50,929 nt of DNA from Hydrurus foetidus (lineage: Eukaryota). The notes under the pieces were generated by a model that did no database searches, was not told the origin of the DNA, and worked only from the letters and a program-made list of their open reading frames with translations. The stretch covers positions 1 through 50,929 of the forward strand of contig UYFQ01000422.1 in NCBI GenBank assembly GCA_900617105.1, read 5' to 3'. Positions 12,944 through 24,157 of this stretch are shown piece after piece. How positions within the stretch are numbered: position 1 is the stretch's first letter; each line of letters opens with the position of its first letter. The position numbers were made by a program, and so were the translations under genes.

Positions 12944-14266
12944 TTAAATGCGCATTCGACCTTCGCTGATTGAACCGTTGCCATCTGATTCGTGCTCTCT
13001 CCTGCAACTCGTCTTGGGCGGTATGAATGAATCGTCAACTCGGAGAATGGTGTTCAGCAACTTTCGAGAGTCCTTGACACAAGGAAGCAAATTAGGAGAT
13101 TCGAACTTAGGGAAGGACACTTCGCTTCGGGGAGCTTCCTTTTTTGTTTCGTTTATCCATGTGTAGAGCATGCTGTTATACGGTTTGAAGTAGCCTCTCA
13201 TTTTATCTCGTATCCAGCAATCCAGAGCCGGTACGTGCGCTGTAACACATTCAGTCACACCTTCCTTGGACATCTTGTCCAGGTGATCATCTTCAGTTAT
13301 ATCAGTCGACAGTGAATATCGTAGATTAGTCAATTTGTGGAGATAAGTTCTCAGATTCCTTTTAGAATGTTGTACTTACCGTGCGGTAAAGATCTATGAA
13401 ATGTTTCATCTTTCTTCACATTGATGAATTTACGAATGCTTTCCATCAGATGTGCAGTGTCCTCGAACATTTGCTGCGAATTCAGTATTAGAATTTGGTT
13501 GCGTCTGAAAACTGATGTAAATGCTTTTAGTTGCTCGATGTATCGTCCTTTCCTGAAAAAATTGTCACCATTTTCGAACGTCTCATTCATGGTCTTGATT
13601 GAATGAAAAGGTTCGCCGAAATAGATATCTGCTTCACAGTGAATTCGATGGAAAAATTTCAGGGAATCAAAAATGTAATAACTGCACTAGATGATCTTAA
13701 AATTCCGAAATTCGACCTGTTCTCGTCATGTGCTGATACCAAGAATAGTCGCGCGATACTGGCTCCCTTAATAGCACGATGAATTTCAGATTATCTCTTG
13801 CATTTTTACTGCCACTGTACGTTTCGTAAATACGTTTCCATGTTGAAAGATCGTGGATGATCGGAGTAGCATCTACAAAGTGGGCACCAACAATGCCATC
13901 GCATTTCGGATTTTGAAACAGTAGACGATAAAATTCTGTGCCCTCGGCGTAGTTGTTCAAGTGATCGAAATAATGAAGCTCTTTATGAAGTCCCCTACAG
14001 ATTTGTGGGTGCTCTACCATTAGCTCGTAGAGACTGGAGCTGCCACCTTTCTGTGATCCGATGATAAAAATGGTAGGTAGTGTCCCAGTATGCTTGCTTT
14101 TCCCATTCTTAGTTGCGTTTTTCCGCAGTAACGCTTCGTAATTTCCAGTGTGTTTATTGACGTGTTTGAATGGTACATCTGATGTTATTCTCAAAGCTAG
14201 AAGCAGGATGATGGTCCATTGGAACGTTAATGTCATACTCAGTCTGATTGACCGGTTGGTACTCAT
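12944..14266 (-). CDS. Sulfotransferase copy 1 (heparan-sulfate 3-O/N-sulfotransferase-like, PAPS-dependent), 3 exons
   Basis: 5'-PSB motif IIGSQKGGSSSL, KELHYFD and 3'-PB motif KFIVLLREPVSRDYS. N-terminal hydrophobic anchor. Exons 14266-13717, 13628-13380 and 13290-12944. Confidence 0.88.
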
Positions 14267-14420
14267 GATCTTCGCGTCCACCCGTCTGATAGTGAAATGA
14301 GTGAAGAGTGATTGCTTTGCAAAATTGATCGTGTTTCTGACACCTCTAATGAATTGGGGTGTCGCCCATATCGTACTGTAGTATATTTATTATTACGATT
14401 CCGGAATAAAATGAATTTTT

Positions 14421-14544
14421 CCAAAAATTTAGAATTCGCTGGGGCGCCACTCCCCACACCCCACACCATACTAATTTTCCGTTTTTGATGATTTAGTAGA
14501 GTATGGTGTGGGGAGTGGCACCCCAGGGAATTCTAATTTTTTGG
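14421..14544. repeat. Short inverted repeat (40-bp arms, 37/40 identical), probable MITE or TE ends
   Basis: 14421-14460 matches the reverse complement of 14505-14544, plus an inner CCATACT/AGTATGG pair. A related AGTATGGTGCGGGG motif is at ~14688. Confidence 0.6.
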
Positions 14545-14789
14545 CTTTTCGGAAAGGTTCATACCATAGCAGAATAAAGTGTCTGCTTTTCGTGTTTAAA
14601 ACTCAAACACCTCGGGTCACGTCCAGATCACTCAACACCACACTAAAAAAAAAAAAAATCTGGGGAACCTTCCTCTTTTTAATTTTTAGTATGGTGCGGG
14701 CTCCATTTTTGACCCTACCACACACTCGTTGAGTTGGATTTTGGGCATGAAAAGCGGACATTTATGTTTTATTTTGCTACGGTAATACT

Positions 14790-15433
14790 TAGGGGTGGTG
14801 GCCGAGCTTGCCGACCCTCCTCGGCCAGGCCGAGCTTAGTTCATGATCGCCTCGGCCACGGCCGAGGCGCAACTCGGCCACATTTCTTGGCCGAAGCTGG
14901 CCGAGCTAGTTCGGTCTGGCCGAGCCATTTCGGCCTGGCCGAGCTAGTTCGGTCTGGCCGAGCCATTTCGGCCTGGCCGAGCCATTTGGGTCTGGCCGAG
15001 TCATTTGGGTCTGGCCGAGTCATTCGGATCTGGCCGAGCCATTTCGTTCTGGCCTAGCCTGGGCATGACGGTACAATGTATGACCGAAAGATGTTTTTTG
15101 AGATCACACCGAGGACTTCCCACTGAGACAAGAAGTGTATCTTCTTCATCGAAATAACGAAAAATGTTAGTATTAATATGTTAGTATTTATATATAAGAA
15201 TCCACTGACGCCTAAGTCCATCTTCTGTCATCATGACCTGCCCTTCGGCAATGGAATGATATGCAGAAGTTAGTAGTGGGTAGTGGGTAGTGGTGTAAGT
15301 GTAGGTGTAGAGTTGACGTAGTTGACTGAGTACTTTGGCCGAGCTGGCCGATCTGACCGAGCTGGCCGAGCTGGCCGAGCTGGCCGAGCTGGCCGAGCTG
15401 GCCGAGCTGAGCTCGGCCCGGCCACCAGCCCTA
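14790..15433. mobile_element. Non-autonomous hAT-type DNA transposon (644 bp)
   Basis: TIRs TAGGGGTGGTGGCCG and CGGCCACCAGCCCTA match at 14/15. Perfect 8-bp TSD GTAATACT at 14782-14789 and 15434-15441. Subterminal GGCCGAG arrays have a 19-bp period on the left and a 9-bp period on the right. Confidence 0.9.
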
Positions 15434-16428
15434 GTAATACTGGTAGATTTCTAAAATTACAAATTACTGAAGCTCCATCACAACAGTCTACTCACAGCAG
15501 CCTCGAAACTCCAAACAGGTCCAAGTTCCTGGCGCTACGACTTGTCACTGCTTTCTCTCTTCTCAGAGTAGTACAATACTTGCTATCCCTCAGTAGCTCT
15601 AATAGTTAATCTGGTATAGCATCTTATATAGCAGCACAATTTAATATTTCCCTTCAAATATTCATCAAAGGTCGTCTTGTAATCAGAATCTCCTGATATT
15701 TTTCAGATAATTTATTGCATTCATCCAAGCACAACAACGTCCCATTCTTAATCATAATTACTTCATGTGACGCTTGTAGCATAACCGAATGAAAATGGTC
15801 AACACGGAGAATTGCCTACTGGAAACGTTAACGCCCTGGAATTCTGAAAGAGGGCCCTGTATGTCTGTAGCGGGCGTAATTTTCTCTTCAAAGCTGTTCT
15901 GCAGAGGAAGGAAAGAGTTTTCTTTCTGGATTAATGTCAAGTAACGAATCGAAACCTCGACACACATGACTGTGACCTCTATGACTCAAAATACTCGTCA
16001 AATATAAGAAAAACGAGCAAATATTAAAGAAATAAGAAATATATAGAAAAAGGAATGAAACAGTCTGCTCTAGACGCAAGAATAAGGAATTAAGTACGCA
16101 GTTAATGCACTAAGTGGGCGATAATAAAGACAAGCGCAGAAATAGAAATGAAGTCAATAAGCTACAACTGCTGTGCTGGAATGACGAGTAGCCACTGATT
16201 GATTCATGGCAGCCTATCAGCTTTGCTGATACATTTAGTCCCCATGGAAAATCATTGTTTCTTATTGAATTGTCAAGTCGAGTTGAGTCCATTTGGCGTT
16301 ATGGAGTTACGCAACGCACGTAATCAGGCTTCGCTACATAATGTTCAGTGCATGGTCCTGGGCGATGCAGGTGGCTAGCTGCCACATGTTTACTCTACTA
16401 TGATGGCAAGTTGTTGAAGGCACTGCAT

Positions 16429-17716
16429 TCAAGGAACCTTCAATGCACAACACAGCTTCGGGGGTAACATGTTAGCGTCAACGGCTCTAATCTGATCGAA
16501 CTTTCTGCGTGCATCTTTCACGCAAGGGATAAGCCCCGGATTAGAAAATAACGGCGAAAAAGAAGGTTCGTTAGGATTCGCTTTTGCCCTCGTTTCTCGC
16601 AGCCATGAGTATAGCATTAAATTGTAAAGTTCGAAATGCTCTCCCATTGTGTCCCGTATCCAACAGTCAAGTGCCGGTACGTGAGCCGTTACACAATCTG
16701 CGATACCCTCTTTTCCCATTCTTATTAAATGGTCATCTATGATAAGAAATAGAACAGTATGCATGATTTAAATCATCTATCAAATAGTTCAAATCAATTA
16801 TTGTGTTCAGAAGAGAGTCGCAGTTTCGAAACATACCGTGCGGCAAGGATTTGTAAAAAGAATCATGTTCCCTCACACCAATAAATTGTCGTATACTCTC
16901 CATGACATTAGCCGTACTCTGAAAAGCTCCAGCTGAACTGAATATTAATATCTGATCGCGTCGGAAAACCTTAGTAAAAGCCGCCAACTGTTCAACATAA
17001 TGGCCCTTCTTAAAATAAGTCGAATTAATGTAAGTCTCATTCATCGTTCTTATTTGAGCGAAGCTCTCCCCTAAATGAATATCTGACAATAAATGAATAG
17101 GTTTCATGATCAAGTAAGTTGTATCTTGCAGTAATAAGGTGATGATGAAAGCCACAGAGCCTTTCTACAGAAGCTGACCTGTTCGCGTCGTATGCTCATA
17201 CCATGAGTAGTCTCTAGAAACTGGCTCCCGTAGAAGTACTATGAATTTAAGGCTGTCCCTTAATTCAGGTTTCTCACTATAGGTATCGTAAATTCGCTGC
17301 CATACTGATGGGTAGTGAAGAATAGGTGTCCCATCTATGAAATGTGTTCCAGCCACCTTATCGCATTTGACGTTTTGGTACATATCCCTGAAGTACTCAG
17401 TACCGAGTGCGTAATTATCTGGATGGTCAAAGAAGTGATTCTCTTTGTGCATACCCCCACATAGCTGCGGATGTTGCACCATTAACTCATACAAACTTGA
17501 GCTTCCGCCTTTCTGAACTCCGCTGACAAATATGGTCGGCAGAGTACCACCTTGCCTTCTTTTATCATTTGTTGCATTTCTTTTAGAGCGCTGACTGTAG
17601 CTCCCTGTATGCATGTCTTGGTGGTGAAAAGGTATGAAAGCATCCGTATTATTTGGAGGAATCTCCGCAGATATTCGAATCATCAATATCGCAACGGAGG
17701 TCCAGAGGCAGAACAT
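16429..17716 (-). CDS. Sulfotransferase copy 2 (HS3ST/NDST-like), 3 exons
   Basis: Motifs VSGVQKGGSSSL, KENHFFD and KFIVLLREPVSRDYS. Same two intron positions as copy 1. The C-terminal CVTAHVPALDCWIRD is shared with copy 1. Confidence 0.88.
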
Positions 17717-18796
17717 TGTGGATCACCCCGATGTCCAACAACTATAGGATCAGAGACATGATGAGACCACTTCTTGCTAATGCGCAGTTACGAGAATTTA
17801 AAAAATCAAATAATACTGAAAATTTGAGAGAAGGAAGATTGGAGATCGATAGAGATCAAGCAAAGAGGGTGAGGGCGGACCTTGGGTGCGCAAACTGTGA
17901 TTCTACTGTATAATATGTTTGAGTGTGAGGTCTCTTCAATCCTTTACGATTTGCATACTTAACTTGCTGTGTGATTGCTAAATTGCACCTGTGGTTAAGC
18001 AGAAACTAATGGGGAAAATACGCTGCGCTATTTCTTTCTTCAATCTACGCCCCAGAGCACCAATTCGATGGGTCAACTAGTACTGAGCGATGGCTTAGTC
18101 ACTGTAAACAATTCTGAATCAGTGCTGACGAGCCAACATAGAAGTTTCAAGGAGTTGATTCTTGGATTGAATTGTCTTGTGAGTCGAGTTGACTGAAATG
18201 TGCGACACCACACTTATGAACAACAGTGAATAATTCACAGCTGCTATCGATCGTGCTCCCTGAGATAGTCCACCAGATACACATATTTCATTGCCGATCA
18301 GTCGGCAATCGTATCCAAAAATCAAAGATGAATTGTATCCAAATATGTCGTAATGGTGACATTTAGTGGGAAAATTAAATGTCACTGTGCGATGGAAGGA
18401 CCGAGGACATTCGAACTAATTCAAAAACAATTGCATTCGCATTCAGGATAGCAACATAATCAATTTTGAGTACTTAAGCTTGCGTGAAGTATTTAAAACT
18501 GATACATGTCTGAAAATATCATATTCCGAGTATTTGGAAGATTGTAGCCGATTTAAAAGGTGTACGTGCGTACGTAAGCGTCACAGAGAGGTGTCTGTAC
18601 GTTTGCAGAGAGGGAGTGCTCTACTCTACAGTATGTCTGATGGTAGTGTGACAGTAATCTCATCACATAGCATCCTGCAAAACAGATTTAATTAACGGAC
18701 TGTGTGTGTGAGAGTTTCAAGCATCGATGGCTCTTGTGATGTAAACAGCTTTAGTGGATGCGCTGGAGTTGTCAAGCACTTAAATGATGCAACACA

Positions 18797-19954
18797 TCAG
18801 TGAGCCATCCTACTACAGTTCGTCTTAGGAGGTCGCATTTTCGCATCCACTGATAGAATCTTATTGTACTCCAAACGGGAGTCTGTCACACACGAAATAA
18901 TCTTGGGGTTTGAAAATAACGGCCAAAATGGCGGTTCATTCGGATCGGCTATTGCTCTTGTCTCGTTGAGCCACGTGTAGAGAACTGTATTATACACCTC
19001 GAAATGATCAAACATCGCATCTCGTATCCAGCAATCTAGTGCTGGTACGTGAGCTGTGATGCACGCTGCTGTACCGTCTAGATCCATGAGATTCAAATGG
19101 TCGTCATGGGGAAGAGCCAAATCAAATACAGAACTCCTCTTGATTCCGATAAATTTACGGATTCTCTCTAATGTTCCTGCAGTATCTTCAAATATGCCCT
19201 CAGAACTGAGCACCAAAAGCTGCTTTCTCTGAAATACTGCAGTGAAGGCCTGGAGTTGTTCGATGTAGCGACCTTTCCGGTAAAAGGACACATTGAAATT
19301 GAATGTTTCATTCATGGTCTTTATCTGATCCAACTTCTGCCCCAAGTGAATGTCTGCAGGAATAATGAAACTTGTCAAAATGAAATCAGCTTACTGCTTT
19401 TTATAGCTTAAAGCAGTCTGCGGTGTCATACCTGTCCTTGTTGCATGCTGATACCATGAGTAATCTCTAGCTACAGGCTCCCTTAAGAGCACAATAAATT
19501 TCAAACTGTCTCGCAACGCTATAGACTGATTGTAAGTGTCATAAATTCGCTGCCATACGGAAGGGTAGTGTAGGATTGGGGTGCCGTCCATGAAATGAGT
19601 CCCAGTTATGTTATCGCATTTCGTATCCGTGAACAGTGATTTGTAGTAGTCCACTCCGTATGCATAATTATCAGGATGATCGAAATAGTGATTCTCCTTG
19701 TGAAAAGTTCTGCAAAGTTGCGGATGCTGCTGCATCAACTCATAAAGACTGGAGCTGCCACCCTTCTGAGCACCTACGATAAACACAGTTGGCAAAGTTC
19801 CGGTTTTGCCTATCTTATTTTTTGGAGACGGTCTTTTGCCATACGTCCCAGTATGATAATCTGCATGCTTAAAAGAAACTTCAACAGCAGTGATATCTGT
19901 GATAGCGACAGCAGCTAGAAACCAGAGGAGAATCATCTGGATCGCACAGGCCAT
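18797..19954 (-). CDS. Sulfotransferase copy 3 (HS3ST/NDST-like), 2 exons
   Basis: Motifs IVGAQKGGSSSL, KENHYFD, KFIVLLREPVARDYS and CITAHVPALDCWIRD. One intron at ~19431-19354. Confidence 0.88.
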
Positions 19955-20324
19955 TGGCTAGTTTTGCGATAATCCGTTGCTGCACCCGCAACTAAATACG
20001 TCTAATTGTTGCTGCACCCGCGTTTACAGAATACGTATCTTAAAATATAGAGCACAACGCGCCACTACCAGATGCTACAGTTATCAGTGAGAGCTGGAGC
20101 TTCCAATGCCTTAGTTTCAAATGAAGTCACCTTAAAAATTTCAGTTTCTTAAATTTTTGAAGCCACTGTGCCAAACACCGGCCCGACTATCCAGCAAACC
20201 GACCCAGCAAACAGTTCCAGCAAACTGAGTTACCGGATAACTTTTTCACAATTTTGGAATTACGTTGCAACATTTTAACGGAATTTTTAAGCTGTGAAAT
20301 GATTCGGGAGCCGACAACCAGGCC

Positions 20325-20753
20325 ACTCAACGAGGCCAAAGTCCAGGCCACAATATAGTGCTGCATATATCAGCCTTCCAGCTCATACTGCTCCAGTCGG
20401 TGAATCGAATTCATCGCTCCTAACAGTTTTATACAAATTCTCAGGCTGCGGATCCCGTAGGCATCACGATCATTCCTGGATGGCTCTCTGTACAAGATCC
20501 TTTCGTCTAAAATTCCTTAGGTTTCAAGCTCTTCTTTATCTAAAAATATTCGAATGACAACAGCTTTCATCTTATCAGTTAACACGGTCACGATCTGATT
20601 CAGGTCTTTTCCTTTGGCAGAAAGTGCCCGAAGACCTTGAACAACGTCAATCCAAAGCCGTTGTTTGTGTGTGTGTGTGTTTGTGTGCATGTGTATGAGT
20701 GTATGTGCATGTGTGTGTGTGTGTGTGTGTATGTGTGTGTGTGTGTGTGTGTG

Positions 20754-20805
<52 letters not shown>

Positions 20806-21259
20806 TGTGTGTGTGTATGAGTGTGTGTGCATGTGTGTGTGTGTGTTTGTGTGTGTGAGTGTGTAAGCACGAGCTTTTCCGTAAAGAGGCATTTAGAAAA
20901 TTACAAACCTCTCAAACAAACAACGGCTTTGGATTGACGTTGTTCAAGGTCTTCGGGCACTTTCTGCCAAAGGAAAAGACCTGAATCAGATCGTGACAGT
21001 GTTAACTGATAAGATGAAAGCTGTTGTCATTCGAATATTTTTAGATAAAGAAGAGCTTGAAACCTAAGGAATTTTAGACGAAAGGATCTTGTACAGAGAG
21101 CCATCCAGGAATGATCGTGATGCCTACGGGATCCGCAGCCTGAGAATTTGTATAAAACTGTTAGGAGCGATGAATTCGATTCACCGACTGGAGCAGTATG
21201 AGCTGGAAGGCTGATATATGCAGCACTATATTGTGGCCTGGACTTTGGCCTCGTTGAGT
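20325..21259. mobile_element. Foldback/MITE-like insertion: 344-bp inverted arms around a GT microsatellite, nested in the left TIR of the larger element
   Basis: 20325-20668 is the reverse complement of 20916-21259, with one mismatch seen. Removing the insertion restores the outer TIR sequence CCACTCAACTATGGCGTGCG seen at the right end. Confidence 0.85.
20663..20864. repeat. (GT)n/(CA)n microsatellite, ~200 bp, imperfect
   Basis: Dinucleotide run read directly from the sequence. It explains the spurious poly-HT and poly-CV ORFs. Confidence 0.97.
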
Positions 21260-22743
21260 ATGGCGTGCGGAAGCGAACCGCTATTTCTCCGCTGGAAATG
21301 TTTGAATTCCCCCCCCTCCAGCGGAATATTTTTTGAATTTCGATTTTCCCTGCCGGCGACTATATTTTCAAACAGGATTCTCTGTACTCCAGCCGTTAGA
21401 GCAATCTGCAGTAAACCAACACCTGCAGAGTTCAGAATACTTCCTGCGATACTGGTCCTTTGCACAACTGCCATCAGCCACAGAGGCTGTTTGTGACGCG
21501 TTCTCGCGGAGCTAGTCATGGGAACGGAGGTAAACTTTTGCTGACTCCAAGGGGCTGCAACGTCTGCTGTTCCATTCCCATCTCATGTCCGACTTGTGCT
21601 CCAATACTTCACAATGATTTTAATAACCCGTGCCTGAACTTCTTATCTATAGCGACAATTCCAAAATTATCCGAGGGATAAGAGCGAGGAGGAAGAAGTT
21701 CAAGAACGTCGCAGTTTCTGAAGGTGTTTTTATCATCTGCATCTAACATTTTAAGATTCTTCTTCGTAGGGGAGCCAATGTTATGACTACCTATTATCGC
21801 AGACGTAGATAGCCCAGCTAGACACTCATATTTTAAAACGGGAAACTCCCACAGTAACAAAACTCTGGCAAATTTTTTTCCAGCTAACATTATCTTCCTC
21901 ACATTTACAGGTGGCGTCAGAATAGTAGATCGTGGGAGATCTGTTGTTTTCTCAACAGAAATTACTGGTGAGTATGTACGACAGACATTGGAGATTGTTT
22001 AGCCCGTATGATTCATTCATCGCTGCCATAGATTTATGTTGTTCCTGGACACACGCCTAAATTCTAACCTGAAATAAATGCCGTTCTATCATCTCATGAC
22101 TGCCTTTGACATCAGGACGTGAAATAACTAATACTGCACTAATCATCATGCATTACAGGACTTTTTCAAATCAATTGTGGGCGAAAACAATCTGTTTACA
22201 CAAATTAGCACCTGAGGGATATAGCAAATGTACGTAAGTGAGTCAGCCGTCGATACCGTACTCAATCACGTTGTCACAGATTATGCTAAACTCAGTCATA
22301 TTCTGTTTGACCTGTTATTCACCTCTCATTTAATTGTTATTCGTGCGGGGTATAAGCAGTTATAACATAAATTGTGGTGATTTACTATGATGCATTTATC
22401 GAAGTACGTTAGCATTAAATATGATGACGTACCATCTATTTAATATTGAATTAGCATCTAATTTAATGAAGTATAATCTAAAGCATGTCATATTACCATC
22501 TAAATGTGAGATAGACTTTCTGACCACCTGAATAAAGCGGTTTCATTATTTTTTAAACGAGCACAATTGTAATTAATCCTATTATTATTTTGTAACAAAA
22601 CTTTATTTTTTTGTGAAGAAGCCGTATGTTTTTAGGGATGACCCCGATAAATATAAACATTTCAAAAGATTTTTTTCTCGCAAAAATAAATTTCATAAGG
22701 GTCCAAAAAATTAAATTAGATTAAGATAAAGAAGAAAAAAAAT

Positions 22744-23580
22744 CTAATTGCTCTCGTCAGGCAGGTCGGTAGTGAGGACTTCACAATAGTCAGTCTCTTC
22801 GGGGTCAGTGAAATTAGATTCTTCGTCATCGTAGCAGTTAGGCAGAATGTAGATGCAGGGTAATCTACTCAGGCAAACAATGGTTGCAGCATCAGGGAAG
22901 CTCTTGCTCCAGCTCTTCGTGGGCCTGATGGTGCGCTTCCCGTCTTGGACAAAGAGGTAGTACTTTGTGGCGAGATCCTCTCCTAAAGTGCTCGCCAGCT
23001 TCAGCACTTTGAGGAGCTTCGCGTGAGTGGACAGTGGAACCGCGGGCAAGTAATTGGCCCCTATCTCCAAGCGTTCCAGATCGTTGGTTGGAATCTTGTC
23101 CTCTCGCCTCAAGCAGATGATGTTGACCAGGTTTGAATCCGCAGGTGCTCGGCCAACGGAGGAGCGAGGTGGCCTATCAGCAGCTCTTGCCAAAGGACGC
23201 TTAGATCCACCTGAGTGATTGATGATTGATGGTCCAGAGTGGGCGTATGGGAGAAATATCCCACGTCTCTGCAGCTCGATGGTGTCCTTGGTGGCAACAG
23301 GTGTCGCTGGCAGTGGTAAATTTTTCGCATCGGAAAGAAAACGTGTAACAACTCCGTCCGTAACACTGATCATTTCATGCTGGGAAATGTCGTGGGTGCA
23401 GAAACATGTGTATGGTTCAGATGCAACAGGGCATCTGAACATGCGACATTTGCATTCGTCCGAGAATGCGCAGCAACCATTGATAGTTTTTTTTGGTGAC
23501 ACAACTGTTTCTTCCATTCTCAAGCCACGAATGATGCAATCTATAGCCTCTTGGCGTATCGTTGCAATGAACGAACGCAA
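22744..23580 (-). CDS. Orphan 278-aa ORF inside the TIR element with an N-terminal Cys/His cluster (putative zinc-binding)
   Basis: Intact intronless ORF containing CCAFSDECKCRMFRC...YTCFCTHDISQH and an acidic C-terminus. It starts ~150 bp inside the right TIR. No DDE transposase motifs were recognised. Confidence 0.6.
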   Translation of the reverse strand: MRSFIATIRQEAIDCIIRGLRMEETVVSPKKTINGCCAFSDECKCRMFRCPVASEPYTCFCTHDISQHEMISVTDGVVTRFLSDAKNLPLPATPVATKDTIELQRRGIFLPYAHSGPSIINHSGGSKRPLARAADRPPRSSVGRAPADSNLVNIICLRREDKIPTNDLERLEIGANYLPAVPLSTHAKLLKVLKLASTLGEDLATKYYLFVQDGKRTIRPTKSWSKSFPDAATIVCLSRLPCIYILPNCYDDEESNFTDPEETDYCEVLTTDLPDESN

Positions 23581-24157
23581 TCACGCGTAGGCATACATAA
23601 ACTTTTTGAAACTGAAAATTGAATTCAACGGCTCTGCGACAGAGAATCGAGTAAAAAAAGTTTCAAGTTCAACAATAAATTTGTTCAGTACAGGAAAATG
23701 AAAATAAAACAATCCCCCAGAGGAAAAATTAGCGGTTCGCTTTCGCACGCCATAGTTGAGTGGCCTGGTTGTCGGCTCCCGAATCATTTCACAGCTTTTA
23801 AAAATTCCGTTAAAATGTTGCAACGTAATTCCAAAGTTGTGAAAAAGTTATCCGGTAACTCAGTTTGCTGGAACTGTTTGCTGGGTCGGTTTGCTGGATA
23901 GTCGGGCCGTGCCAAACACTGACATGATGGTGAGGTTGACCTGTAACCGTGAAAAGTTCAAAAAAAAATCCGTCTCCGATTTTCCTGGAACGAAAAAAAC
24001 GTAAATTCAGTGTTTCTTCTCGAAACAACCAAATTCGAATTCAAGCATTCCCTCACTTGAGTTTTCAGACCGTTCCAACTTGATCTCCTTTCAGCTGTTG
24101 ATAGGTCAGCCCTTCATCTCTACGAAAGGAACGCCTACTCCAGCAAAGTTTATCAAA

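Larger units (their letters stand above)
20179..23909. mobile_element. Non-autonomous long-TIR DNA transposon with 10-bp TSD (Mutator/MULE-like), 3.7 kb
   Basis: ~180-bp TIRs: left 20179-20331 continuing at 21259-21283, right 23730-23909, differing by 2 substitutions and a 2-bp indel. TSD TGCCAAACAC at 20169-20178 and 23910-23919. Each TIR holds three CCAGCAAAC repeats. Confidence 0.9.

Noticed and set aside
14734..15609. ORFs with repeated WPSH and RAG units; a CRISPR-like look of the 19-bp repeats
   Set aside because: These are subterminal tandem repeats of the hAT element. There are no unique spacers and no cas genes, and the context is eukaryotic.
19976..20021. Direct repeat GTTGCTGCACCCGC x2 upstream of sulfotransferase 3
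   Set aside because: A short local duplication that is not seen upstream of the other two paralogs.
20517..20892. His/Thr-rich and Cys/Val-rich ORFs
   Set aside because: They are translations of the (GT)n microsatellite.
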